A stretch of DNA of 36,429 nt from Candidatus Methanofastidiosia archaeon (GTDB taxonomy: Archaea; Methanobacteriota_B; Thermococci; Methanofastidiosales; SZ-28-30), in NCBI GenBank assembly GCA_046760205.1, contig JBHIDS010000001.1, forward strand, positions 1 through 36,429. Reading direction: 5' to 3'. Positions 26,635 through 34,975 of the stretch are shown piece after piece. The position numbers and the translations under genes were made by a program. The notes under the pieces were generated by a model that ran no database searches, was not told the origin of the DNA, and saw only the letters and a list, made by a program, of their open reading frames with translations. The number at the start of each line of letters is the position of its first letter. Positions within the stretch are counted from its first letter, which is position 1.

Positions 26635-27981
26635 TCAAAGGAAATAGAAAGAAGACCCATGAACGTAAAGAGTGTTAAATGCAAAGTTGTTGCTTTCAGA
26701 TATCTCTTCTATTTCATTTTCTGGATCCACTAAAACAGAGATGTTGTGAATTCCAACTTCCGAAAAACTCCATGAGAACTCAAGCACTCTTTTCTCTGAA
26801 GCCTTCACCTCACCTAAAACCTCCTCATATATCAATGCTTCCTTTCTTGGAGCTCCATCAAAAACCTGCACCAAAACATCAAAAGCTGAGGTTTCACTTA
26901 AATTTTGAAGGGTTATCTTTATCTCTATTTTTTGAGAAATCAGAGGAGTTTTGTCTGAAAATCTTATATCTTCCCTTTCTGCATCAAACACCAAATCATT
27001 TGCCAAAGCCCATGCAACCTCTGCAACGAACTGAGTGGTGGTTTTGAGATATTTTTCTTTGATGTACTCTGCATCATCTCTTACGGTATGGTAGTTTGGA
27101 TGCTCTGTTACATCTCCCCATGAATAGAATATTGAAGGTATCCCTTCTTGAGAAAAGGTCTCTGCATCAGTCCTTGAGGTTTCACCTCTGAATCTAACCT
27201 CGACTCCAAAGTGCTTAGACGCAAGCCTGTTGAGTTCTATGAGCTTTTTATTCTGAGGATGGTTTATTCCCCAAACTTCAAGGTATTCCTTGGTTCCCTC
27301 GCCCACCATGTCCAGGTTCAAGACTACAACGTCATCTGAGAGATTTTTTTCAGAGAGCATCTTCAATAAGGCTTTCGAGCCATAAAGTCCAGACTCTTCT
27401 GCAGAGAAGGCTACAAATAGAAGGCTTCTTCTGGGTTTTAGATTCAACTTTGAGAGAACCCTTGCTATCTCGAGCATCGTACTCACTCCAGAGGCGTTGT
27501 CATCTGCTCCGTTGTAAACCCCATTCCTGTCTCTGCCAAGATGATCATAGTGGGCACTTATCACGACAAACTCTGAAATCTCACTTCCCCTCAAAACCCC
27601 AATTATGTTTTCACAAGGCAAAAACTTATCTTTTTCTCTTTCAACAAAACCGTGCTTTGCAGGAATTTCAAATTCATGAGTGTAGCTTTTAAGCCCCAGT
27701 TCTTCAAAGAAATCCAAACCATAACTCTCAAACTCTCTTTCTATGAACTCTCTCGCCATATCCTCTCCATTAGAACCGCAAGCCCTTCCTTCCATCTCAT
27801 CTGAGGCTAGAAATTCAAGGTTTTTCATCAGGTTTTTTTGGGAAACCCATCTAAATATTCTGTCTTGAGCCCTTATGTATGGGTTTGAAGAGTAGATTGC
27901 AAGGTCAGGGAGTTCATCGTTGCTTTGAACACTGCTAGAGAGTAGGATAAAGATTGTCAGTGTACAGATGATTCTTTTCAT
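26635..27981 (-). CDS. secreted M28-family aminopeptidase with C-terminal CARDB-like domain
   Basis: 448 aa with a signal peptide (MKRIICTLTIFILLSSSVQS), SAHYDHLG, GADDNASG and FSAEESGLYGS. The C-terminal beta-rich segment ends in VDPENEIEEISESNN. Confidence 0.8.
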   Translation of the reverse strand: MKRIICTLTIFILLSSSVQSNDELPDLAIYSSNPYIRAQDRIFRWVSQKNLMKNLEFLASDEMEGRACGSNGEDMAREFIEREFESYGLDFFEELGLKSYTHEFEIPAKHGFVEREKDKFLPCENIIGVLRGSEISEFVVISAHYDHLGRDRNGVYNGADDNASGVSTMLEIARVLSKLNLKPRRSLLFVAFSAEESGLYGSKALLKMLSEKNLSDDVVVLNLDMVGEGTKEYLEVWGINHPQNKKLIELNRLASKHFGVEVRFRGETSRTDAETFSQEGIPSIFYSWGDVTEHPNYHTVRDDAEYIKEKYLKTTTQFVAEVAWALANDLVFDAEREDIRFSDKTPLISQKIEIKITLQNLSETSAFDVLVQVFDGAPRKEALIYEEVLGEVKASEKRVLEFSWSFSEVGIHNISVLVDPENEIEEISESNNFAFNTLYVHGSSFYFL

Positions 27982-28130
27982 GGGTTTTGTTTTCAGAAAA
28001 AGTATAAAAGGTTTTGGGAAATGGGGATGGAGCTAAGTCAATAAAGCATCGCAAAAAAATCTTTTTTCGATCATTTGGTTCTAAAGCAGAAGAGAGAAAA
28101 CCTTTTTAAGTTGTGATCAAAATTTATAGC

Positions 28131-28742
28131 ATGCAAGAAGAATCTGACAACATAGTTTACTACAGCATAGTTATAGCTTGTATCGTAGGAATTCTCCTCT
28201 CTCTTTTTACAATTCTAAAAAACCCTTCCCCTCAAGAGGAATTCACAGAGCTCTACTTTCACTTTGAAAAGTTGGATACAACCGAAGGTAGAGAGTACAG
28301 AGAGTTTAATTTTAAAGGTTTCAAGTTCTTCGTGAAAAACCAAAAAGTTTGGGTGGATTTCAACGAAAATGGTGTTATCGATGAAAGGGAGGGTGAGTTT
28401 AGAAAGGGAGACACCTTAAACCTCAATGGATTTTTTTGGAACATCTCAGACATCGCTGAGGATGGCTCTCAGATTTTACTTGGAGGGTATCCAAAAGAGT
28501 TAAGAGTGGGTACTCAAATAAACTTCTCCTTTGTGATAAGCAATAGGTTAGGAAGGGATTATACCTACACCTATGAGGTTTACTCAAACGAGAATTTGGT
28601 TCTAAGTGAGAAGGTCTTTGTTGAGAGCGGGGAGAAGAAGAAAATCACTGTAAGCTTTGTGATAGAGGAGATAGGGGAGGTTAAGGTTTCTGTGGTTTTG
28701 GACACTGGAGAGGAGATTCACTTTTGGTTGAGGGTTAGGTAA
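28131..28742 (+). CDS. membrane-anchored hypothetical protein, DUF1616-like C-terminal part
   Basis: ATG 28131 is preferred over GTG 28113, with TATA-like CCTTTTTAAG 20-30 nt upstream. It has one N-terminal helix, then FTELYF and ...GGYPKEL...INFSFVISNRLGRDYTYTYEVY, reminiscent of archaeal DUF1616 proteins. Tentative. Confidence 0.5.
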   Translation: MQEESDNIVYYSIVIACIVGILLSLFTILKNPSPQEEFTELYFHFEKLDTTEGREYREFNFKGFKFFVKNQKVWVDFNENGVIDEREGEFRKGDTLNLNGFFWNISDIAEDGSQILLGGYPKELRVGTQINFSFVISNRLGRDYTYTYEVYSNENLVLSEKVFVESGEKKKITVSFVIEEIGEVKVSVVLDTGEEIHFWLRVR

Positions 28743-28744
28743 TC

Positions 28745-29893
28745 TCATATCTCTCTGAAAGCCCCATATTTTTTTGGATCATAAAACGGTGGGGAGATGA
28801 GCATTGCCTTTCTCTTTTTACCTCTTATCATCACAAATATCTCATCTCCAATCCTTAAATCAGCTTTTGCAAATCCCAACCCAATCCCCTTTGAGGACAG
28901 AATGGATTGAGTTCCGCTAGTAACCTTTCCAACTCTTTCATCTCTCCACAACTCCTGCTTAGGTCTTGGAATCCCTCTCTGCATCATCTCAAAGTGCACC
29001 AATTTCTTTGAAATGCCTCTTTTCCTTTGTTTTAACAGAGCCTCCTTCCCTATGAATTCTTTTTCAAAGGCAATTGGAGGAAATTCCCACTTATCAAAAC
29101 CTGCCTCTATTGGGTTTACAGAGTCAACATCAGATGAGAGAACTTGATTTTCTTTGGTCTCATTTCCATACAAGGTATATCCAGCTTCAATCCTTAAAGT
29201 GTCTCTGGTTGCAAGCCCACAAGGCTGAATCCCAAACTCCTCACCCTTTGAAAGAACCTCTAACCAAATTTTCAAGGGATTTCCCTCAAAGAAAAGCTCA
29301 AAGCCATTCTCACCGGTGTACCCAGATTTTGAAAGTACAATCTCTTTTCCCAAAAACTCAATTCTCTTCCCCTGAAACCACCACATCTCATTTAAATCTA
29401 TATCAAAGAGTTTTTTGCAAAGGAGATGTGCCTTTGGACCCTGGATTGAAAAAAGATTTAAATCGTAGGTTTTGTTGATTATTCTCAAATCCAATCTGCA
29501 GAAATTCTCTATACTCTTTCTCACACTCAAAAACCATGCTTCCAACTTCTCGTAAGCAACCGCATCACATACGAGCATGTACCTCTCTCCAAGATTGTAG
29601 ATCAAGCCCTCGTCTTTTATACCCCCTCTCTCGTTGAGAATTAAGGTGTAGGTTCCAGAAATTGGGGGAGGGCGGGAGATTTCGTTGGTAGCTATAAACT
29701 CTAAAAATTTTAAGGAATCCTCACCTTCAAAGTAGAACTCTCCCATGTGAGAGACGTCAAACAAGCCGAGAGAGTTTCGAACTGCAAGATGCTCCTTTTT
29801 TACAGAGGAGTACCACAATGGCATTTCAAAGCCTGCATAATCTCCCATCTTCGCATGCTCTCGATGCCACTTTTGAAGTTTTAATGATTTCAT
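28745..29893 (-). CDS. gcvT: aminomethyltransferase (glycine cleavage system T protein)
   Basis: 382 aa with [22 protein letters not shown] and [13 protein letters not shown]. No gcvH or gcvP in the window. Confidence 0.9.
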   Translation of the reverse strand: MKSLKLQKWHREHAKMGDYAGFEMPLWYSSVKKEHLAVRNSLGLFDVSHMGEFYFEGEDSLKFLEFIATNEISRPPPISGTYTLILNERGGIKDEGLIYNLGERYMLVCDAVAYEKLEAWFLSVRKSIENFCRLDLRIINKTYDLNLFSIQGPKAHLLCKKLFDIDLNEMWWFQGKRIEFLGKEIVLSKSGYTGENGFELFFEGNPLKIWLEVLSKGEEFGIQPCGLATRDTLRIEAGYTLYGNETKENQVLSSDVDSVNPIEAGFDKWEFPPIAFEKEFIGKEALLKQRKRGISKKLVHFEMMQRGIPRPKQELWRDERVGKVTSGTQSILSSKGIGLGFAKADLRIGDEIFVMIRGKKRKAMLISPPFYDPKKYGAFREI

Positions 29894-29916
29894 GATTTTT
29901 GTTGATGATGGAGTTT

Positions 29917-30627
29917 TTAAGATTTACTCATCTCCAAAAGCTCTGAAATCAGCTCTGAAAAGACTTTGCTCATTTCCAAAATCCTCTCTTTTTCAAGATT
30001 TTCATACCCATATATGAATCTGAACTTCTCTTCAAACCTTAAAGGTTTTCTTTCAAGCTTGAAGAGCTCTTTTAGAAAATCTTGCTCTGATGAAGGGAAG
30101 GTTTCATTCAAAAGAAAGAGAACATGTGCAAGAGCTAAAAACTCTCTCATGAGAAAAAGAGCTGCCTCAAAGTCATTCTCATAAAGCCTATATTTCACCT
30201 TTAAAGGATAGCTCTCAAGGTCACAAAGCCAGTCCTTTAAAACCTCTTTTCTCCTCTCTTTTGGAATTGAAGCTGCAAAACCCCCTAGCTTTGAAGCAAT
30301 TCCATTTGGGTCGTACAGGATTTGAGAGTTCATCACCATAGCTGTTGTGAACCAGCATCCTGCCTCCCGCAAAATCTCTCTCTTTAACTCTTTAAGGGTT
30401 TTGAAGTTGAGATCAACCTTCAACCCTTTAACCTTGAGAGATTTCTGGGAAAAAATATTCAAACCTGAGGGAAGTTTTCTTACAATTAGAAGTAGGTCAA
30501 TGTCGCTTTCTTGGTGTAACCTTTCAAATGCAAGAGAACCGTAACAAAGAACAGCCAAAACATTTTCATCTTTTTTCAGATCATCTGCCAGTGAAGTGGC
30601 AACCCTAAGATACTTTTCCGCTCTCAT
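29917..30627 (-). CDS. nucleotidyltransferase-domain protein with helical KNTase_C/HEPN-like C-terminal domain
   Basis: 236 aa with the minimal NTase motif [22 protein letters not shown]. The C-terminal helical half contains REFLALAH (an Rx6H spacing). Confidence 0.65.
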   Translation of the reverse strand: MRAEKYLRVATSLADDLKKDENVLAVLCYGSLAFERLHQESDIDLLLIVRKLPSGLNIFSQKSLKVKGLKVDLNFKTLKELKREILREAGCWFTTAMVMNSQILYDPNGIASKLGGFAASIPKERRKEVLKDWLCDLESYPLKVKYRLYENDFEAALFLMREFLALAHVLFLLNETFPSSEQDFLKELFKLERKPLRFEEKFRFIYGYENLEKERILEMSKVFSELISELLEMSKS

Positions 30628-30686
30628 GAAAAGAGTAACACGAAAGCCTTATAAGTCTCTTTCTATTCTTTGGTTAAGGTGAGAGA

Positions 30687-30884
30687 TTGGGCAGAATCAG
30701 ACCAAACTTCATAAAGAGGCTTGCAAAAGAGATTGTGAAAAAACATTCAGATGAGCTTACCAATGATTTTTACAAGAACAGAGAATTTTTAGAGGAGATT
30801 TTGGAGTTTCCCAACCATAGGTTGAGAAACAAGGTAACAGGCTATGTAACAAGCCTCATGGGAAAGTTCACTCCAACAAACTGA
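30687..30884 (+). CDS. rps17e: 30S ribosomal protein S17e
   Basis: 65 aa, (M)GRIRPNFIKRLAKEIVKKH... TTG start with a GGTGA SD 5-9 nt upstream. TATA-like CCTTATAAG at about 30644. Confidence 0.9.
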   Translation: MGRIRPNFIKRLAKEIVKKHSDELTNDFYKNREFLEEILEFPNHRLRNKVTGYVTSLMGKFTPTN

Positions 30885-31254
30885 CGATCCTCAAAATCTC
30901 TCTCTCAAGGTTTTTTCCATTGAAAAAGGAGAATATGTAAAGTCCAATGGCAGATACAAAGGCAAAGGCTGGACCAAAGAGGGTGAAGTAAGAAACAAAG
31001 CCCAAGATGAGGATCACAAAAATTCCAAACATTAAAACTTGGGAGTGGGATACCTCTGTTTTTATGACGACAGAATCTTGAGGTCTTGAGATTTTGATTT
31101 TACAGCTTGAAAAGATTCCCTTGTTCACTTTCAGCTGAAACTCTCCCCTAAAAAGCCTCAGAGAAACCTCATATCCAAGGCTCAAGAGTTCAAAGAGGAG
31201 CTCTCTTGCGTAGTGATCTGTCTCTCTTCGGGATCTCAAGGTTTTGATCATCAT
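30868..31254 (-). CDS. hypothetical membrane protein
   Basis: 128 aa with a soluble N-terminal half and two C-terminal hydrophobic helices. Its 3' end overlaps the rps17e end by 17 nt in convergent orientation. No family recognised. Confidence 0.45.
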   Translation of the reverse strand: MMIKTLRSRRETDHYARELLFELLSLGYEVSLRLFRGEFQLKVNKGIFSSCKIKISRPQDSVVIKTEVSHSQVLMFGIFVILILGFVSYFTLFGPAFAFVSAIGLYIFSFFNGKNLEREILRIVSLLE

Positions 31255-31275
31255 CTCTATTGAGTTTTAGGATAC

Positions 31276-32133
31276 TTAAGCTTTTGCCTCTCCTACCACA
31301 AGAAGGATTCCAAAAATCACAAAGATTCCTCCTAAAACAATCATTGAGGTTGGGATCTCATAGAAGATGAGGATTGCAAGAAGGGTTGCTCCAACAGGTT
31401 CTCCAAGAATCGAGACTGAGACCACAGCTGCCTTCAAGTATTTCAAACAATAGTTGTAAGAGGTGTGTCCAATGCAAGAGGGTCCGAGAGCTAGGAGAAA
31501 GAAAAGGAGGTACTCCCTGAAAGGATAGCCTGAGAGCTTTTCTCTCATTATGAGAGAAAAGGTAAGTAAAAAGGCAAAGCCTGCAAGGTAGACCATAGAA
31601 ACGAAGGGAAGCAATTTCATCCTTCCTCGTAGGTTTCTTGCCACAACTATGTAGAAAGCAAGGCTCAAGGCTCCAACGAGGGCAAGAAAGTCTCCATATA
31701 AATTTCCAGAAAGGTTTGAATCACTCAAGGCTATGAAACCTCCACCAAGAATAGAAATTAATATTCCAAAGATTGCAACCCTTGAGATTCTCTCTCTCAA
31801 AACGAGATAGGATAGTACGACCACAAAGATGGGGGAGGAGTCTGTTATTAAAACAGATGAGGCGATACTCGTGTAACTTAAAGAGGTTATCCAAGATGAG
31901 AAGTGGATTGCAAGAAAGAATCCTGCAAGAATCAAGGCTTTTAAATCCCTTCTTTTAACTTTGAGTTCTCTTACCTCGCCCTTAAAAACTGTAAAACCAA
32001 GCATCAAAAATCCTGCAAGACCTAACCTAAAGGTGGCGATAACAAGAGGAGGAGCATCGCTCAATCTTATCAAAATCGATGCGAAGGAGACTGCAAGAAT
32101 TCCAAGGAACAAAACGTACTTTGGGTTGATCAC
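31276..32133 (-). CDS. EamA/DMT-family transporter
   Basis: 285 aa with about 10 helices in two EamA-like halves. GTG start. TATA-like TTTATATATAAATA lies 15-30 nt upstream. Confidence 0.8.
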   Translation of the reverse strand: MINPKYVLFLGILAVSFASILIRLSDAPPLVIATFRLGLAGFLMLGFTVFKGEVRELKVKRRDLKALILAGFFLAIHFSSWITSLSYTSIASSVLITDSSPIFVVVLSYLVLRERISRVAIFGILISILGGGFIALSDSNLSGNLYGDFLALVGALSLAFYIVVARNLRGRMKLLPFVSMVYLAGFAFLLTFSLIMREKLSGYPFREYLLFFLLALGPSCIGHTSYNYCLKYLKAAVVSVSILGEPVGATLLAILIFYEIPTSMIVLGGIFVIFGILLVVGEAKA

Positions 32134-32255
32134 AAATCTTTAGAATAGGTATTTATATATAAATGTTAATGAAGTTTGAACTTTCCGAGTTTTCTCCAAA
32201 AGCTTATTAACCTAATTTCAAATTCTCTAGAAAAAAGAAATGATGGAGTGATGAA

Positions 32256-32429
32256 ATGGAGTTGGAAATCTATCTGGTGAAGAAGGGAAAGTACCTTGAG
32301 AGAAGACACTCGCTTTCGGTTAAGAACCTCACGGAGGATGAGGTGAACGAGCTCTCAAAGATAATCTATGATCAGGCAAAGTTCACAATCCTAAACAAGT
32401 TCAAAAAGAGGATTGAGGAAGAAGAATAA
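32256..32429 (+). CDS. small hypothetical protein (57 aa), below the track length cutoff
   Basis: Hand translation gives MELEIYLVKKGKYLERRHSLSVKNLTEDEVNELSKIIYDQAKFTILNKFKKRIEEEE, with stop TAA at 32427-32429. GGAGTGAT (32245-32252) lies just upstream. It fills an otherwise empty 300-nt gap. No family recognised. Confidence 0.4.
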   Translation: MELEIYLVKKGKYLERRHSLSVKNLTEDEVNELSKIIYDQAKFTILNKFKKRIEEEE

Positions 32430-33032
32430 CTATGCGAGCTTTGACTCAAAGTCCTCTGTACCGATCCCTAAATCATCTTCTTCCTTTAGGACACCTTTCG
32501 CTCTCAACATCTCTCTTGCCAAAAGATAGTAGATAAGGGAGAGAGCTTTCTTTCCTTTGTTGTTGGTGGGAATCACCAGATCCAGGTTCTTCAATACGTT
32601 TTCAGAGTCACACAAAGCGATGACTGGAATTCCTATGGAAGTGGCTTCTGCCAGTGCCTGTCGATCAGCCCTTGGATCGGTTAGTATGATTATCTCAGGT
32701 TCTGAAAAGGTTTCGCAACGAGAGTTTGTCAGAGTTCCAGGGATGAACCTTCCAGCAACAGCCACCGCTCCAGTAAGTTTTGCAAAGGTCTCAATAGGAG
32801 TGAAACCGTACTGTCTCGACGAGACTATCATTATCTTTTCTGGAGGATACTTTGAGAGGAGCTTTCCAGCGTCTGAGATTCTATCGTCAGTTGTTTTTAC
32901 ATCTAAGATGTACAACCCGTCTTGTCTCACTCTGTAGATGTATCTCTCCATATCTCTGGTTTTCTGCTGGGTTCCAATATGGATTCCAGATGCCAAGTAC
33001 TTATCCAAGGAGATCAAAAGTTCATCGTTCAT
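32430..33032 (-). CDS. rps2: 30S ribosomal protein S2
   Basis: 200 aa with [23 protein letters not shown] and [18 protein letters not shown] upstream. Confidence 0.95.
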   Translation of the reverse strand: MNDELLISLDKYLASGIHIGTQQKTRDMERYIYRVRQDGLYILDVKTTDDRISDAGKLLSKYPPEKIMIVSSRQYGFTPIETFAKLTGAVAVAGRFIPGTLTNSRCETFSEPEIIILTDPRADRQALAEATSIGIPVIALCDSENVLKNLDLVIPTNNKGKKALSLIYYLLAREMLRAKGVLKEEDDLGIGTEDFESKLA

Positions 33033-33102
33033 TCATACACCTTCTTTGATTTATCGAGTGTTTTCTTTCTTTTCTGGTTTTCATGAGGAAAGAAAAGAAT
33101 TA

Positions 33103-33177
33103 TGGGGCCGCCGAGATTTGAACTCGAGTATCCAGCACCCCAAGCTGAGAGGATGGACCAAGCTACCCTACGGCCCC
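33103..33177 (-). tRNA. tRNA-Pro (anticodon GGG)
   Basis: Minus strand reads GGGGCCGTAGGGTAGCTTGGTCCATCCTCTCAGCTTGGGGTGCTGGATACTCGAGTTCAAATCTCGGCGGCCCCA. It has a 7-bp acceptor stem (GGGGCCG/CGGCCCC). The anticodon stem is TCAGC/GCTGG with loop TTGGGGT (U33, GGG, G37). The T arm is TCGAG-TTCAAAT-CTCGG and the discriminator is A. There is no encoded CCA and no intron. Folded by eye only. Confidence 0.85.
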
Positions 33178-33185
33178 GTCGTTTT

Positions 33186-33380
33186 TTAGACTTCATAGGC
33201 AAGCACTTCGTCCAACAAGTCCACATGGGTTAGAAGCATTCTTCTGCAGCAGTATCTCTCAAGTCCAAGAGAGTCAAGAATCTCTTTTTCTTTCACTCCC
33301 TTTCTTCTTCTCTCCTTGTACTCTTCATAAAGATGTCCAATAGGTTTTCCGCATGTGAAACATCTTATTGGAATTATCAT
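33186..33380 (-). CDS. rpoN: DNA-directed RNA polymerase subunit N (Rpo10)
   Basis: The real start is ATG 33380. 64 aa: [21 protein letters not shown]...[13 protein letters not shown] (zinc-binding CxxC...CC). The 100-aa track ORF is an upstream extension that overlaps rps9. Confidence 0.9.
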   Translation of the reverse strand: MIIPIRCFTCGKPIGHLYEEYKERRRKGVKEKEILDSLGLERYCCRRMLLTHVDLLDEVLAYEV

Positions 33381-33384
33381 CTTC

Positions 33385-33789
33385 TCACCTATAAGACTTC
33401 TGCTTCTTTGCTCTCGGGCCTTTGGATGAGGCATTGGGCTTGTGGGGCTCTGTTCTTCTAGAATCTCCCTTGAGCATAGTCCTGTCATACTCCATATATA
33501 GGTCTCTCAAATCTGAGTCTTTGGTGAATTCTATTATGCCCCTCGCTATCGCCATTCTACAAGCGTCAGCCTGTCCCATTACTCCTCCGCCCTTCACCGA
33601 GATGTTGATATCGATGCCATTTACGATCTCTCCTGCAAGCCTTACAGGTTCAGAAATTCGAAGTCTTGCCATCTCAGGTTCCCAGATTGGAAGAGGTTTT
33701 TTGTTTATCCTCACTCTTCCCTTACCCTCTCTAACAACAGCCCTTGCAATGGCTCTCTTTCTCTTTCCTGAGGATTGTACTATCTTCAC
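33385..33789 (-). CDS. rps9: 30S ribosomal protein S9
   Basis: 134 aa with [18 protein letters not shown] and a basic C-terminal tail ending in KSYR. Confidence 0.95.
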   Translation of the reverse strand: MKIVQSSGKRKRAIARAVVREGKGRVRINKKPLPIWEPEMARLRISEPVRLAGEIVNGIDINISVKGGGVMGQADACRMAIARGIIEFTKDSDLRDLYMEYDRTMLKGDSRRTEPHKPNASSKGPRAKKQKSYR

Positions 33790-34208
33790 TCCATCACCCT
33801 GTATCCCAGAGCCTCTGAGAGCTTTGCGATTCTAAGGAATCTCGAGGTCTTTCCCTTTATGCTCTCAATCTCTATCTCATCGAACTTCTCGTACTGAGAG
33901 GGCACATCGGAGAAGACCTTGAGTTTTTTGAAGGCTTTCCTTCCCTTTGGCTTTTTGTATGGAAGCATCCCTCTTATTGCCCTCTTGACGATTCCATCAG
34001 GAGTTTTTGGAAACTTTGGTCCTTTTTTTGGATTTGAGAGGGTTCTTCTCTCGATTCTCTTCTTGTACTTGGAAACTATGAATTCTTTTCTCCCAGTGAT
34101 CACCGCAAGCTCTGCATTCACCACAACCACTTCCTCACCCTCCAAAAGCCTTTTTGCAACGTAGCTTGCAAGCCTTCCCAGAATCAAATCTTGAGCGTTT
34201 ACTATCAT
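33786..34208 (-). CDS. rpl13: 50S ribosomal protein L13
   Basis: 140 aa with [29 protein letters not shown] and RAIRGMLP. Confidence 0.95.
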   Translation of the reverse strand: MIVNAQDLILGRLASYVAKRLLEGEEVVVVNAELAVITGRKEFIVSKYKKRIERRTLSNPKKGPKFPKTPDGIVKRAIRGMLPYKKPKGRKAFKKLKVFSDVPSQYEKFDEIEIESIKGKTSRFLRIAKLSEALGYRVME

Positions 34209-34211
34209 TTT

Positions 34212-34571
34212 TCACACCATTACTTTGACATGAGTGCCCTTTGGGTTCTTCTTCATCAACTCTGGAATCTCAACTATCTTGCCTTTCTCTTTAATCTTTT
34301 TCTCGGCATTTTTCGAGAACTTGAAGGCAGAGACGGTAAGGGAGTGATCCAAATTCCCACTACCCAAGACCTTACCTGGAATGAGAACGATTTCACCTTC
34401 CTTGGTAAACCTGTTGAGCTTTGAGATGTTTACCTCAGGCATTCTCCTTGAAGGCTTTGCAAGTCTTTTTGCTATGTAAACCCAGATCATGCTCTTGTTT
34501 TTGTATCCAAAGTTCATCAAATCTTCTATGAGTTTTACCAAATTAGGATTGGTTTTTTTCAGTTTTCTCAC
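34212..34571 (-). CDS. rpl18e: 50S ribosomal protein L18e
   Basis: 119 aa. GTG start preceded by GAGGTGAT (minus strand of 34575-34582). NPNLVKLIEDL...VNISKLNRFTKEGEIVLIPGKVLGSG fits L18e/L15 family proteins. Confidence 0.85.
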   Translation of the reverse strand: MRKLKKTNPNLVKLIEDLMNFGYKNKSMIWVYIAKRLAKPSRRMPEVNISKLNRFTKEGEIVLIPGKVLGSGNLDHSLTVSAFKFSKNAEKKIKEKGKIVEIPELMKKNPKGTHVKVMV

Positions 34572-34574
34572 AAA

Positions 34575-34642
34575 ATCACCTCTGGACTATTCTCGCAAGA
34601 TGCTCGCCCAGATACAACATAAAACATCTTGAACATTTAAAA
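34575..34642 (-). promoter_or_regulatory. putative promoter and SD of the L18e-L13-S9-RpoN operon
   Basis: On the minus strand, TTTTAAAT (complement of 34635-34642) lies 64-71 nt upstream of the GTG start, and GAGGTGAT lies 3 nt upstream of it. Positions inferred by eye. Confidence 0.35.
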
Positions 34643-34649
34643 GGTTTGC

Positions 34650-34680
34650 GGTTGGAAGGCTGTGTTGCACAATTCCAACC
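34650..34680. repeat. composite hairpin (8-bp outer stem GGTTGGAA/TTCCAACC, 4-bp inner stem TGTG/CACA)
   Basis: GGTTGGAA-ggc-TGTG-ttg-CACA-a-TTCCAACC, read directly. It lies immediately upstream (minus-strand sense) of the putative L18e promoter. Confidence 0.6.
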
Positions 34681-34967
34681 AAAAGTCATTGAAAACTTAA
34701 TTATTTGGTTCCAAAACCAGTATAAGCTTTCAAAACCCTCTCACTTAGAAAATCCCATATGTACTTATCACTTTGGTTCTTAAAGCCAGAATTCCAATGA
34801 AAAGACAAAAGAGAAAGGCCTTCAAGAGCTCATAGGGAGAGGAGATCATCTTGTAGGTTATTGAGAAATTCTATTTAAGGTTTTTGTCCTGAGATTCAGT
34901 ACATATAATTTAATATTAAATAAATAAATTCCAAAGATTACTAAAAGATTATAAACAGAGATTGGAA
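34652..34967. repeat. cluster of six TTCCAA hexamers in the L18e / MFS intergenic region
   Basis: TTCCAA at 34673-34678, 34709-34714, 34792-34797 and 34929-34934. TTGGAA (inverted) at 34652-34657 and 34962-34967. Two copies extend to AATTCCAAnnAAAAG. A 15% GC stretch spans 34901-34960. Confidence 0.55.
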
Positions 34968-34975
34968 TCTTGGTT

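Noticed and set aside
33381-33488. The 100-aa version of the rpoN ORF, overlapping rps9.
   Set aside because: RpoN/Rpo10 proteins are about 65 aa and start [11 protein letters not shown]. The extension is just the rps9 3' region read in another frame.
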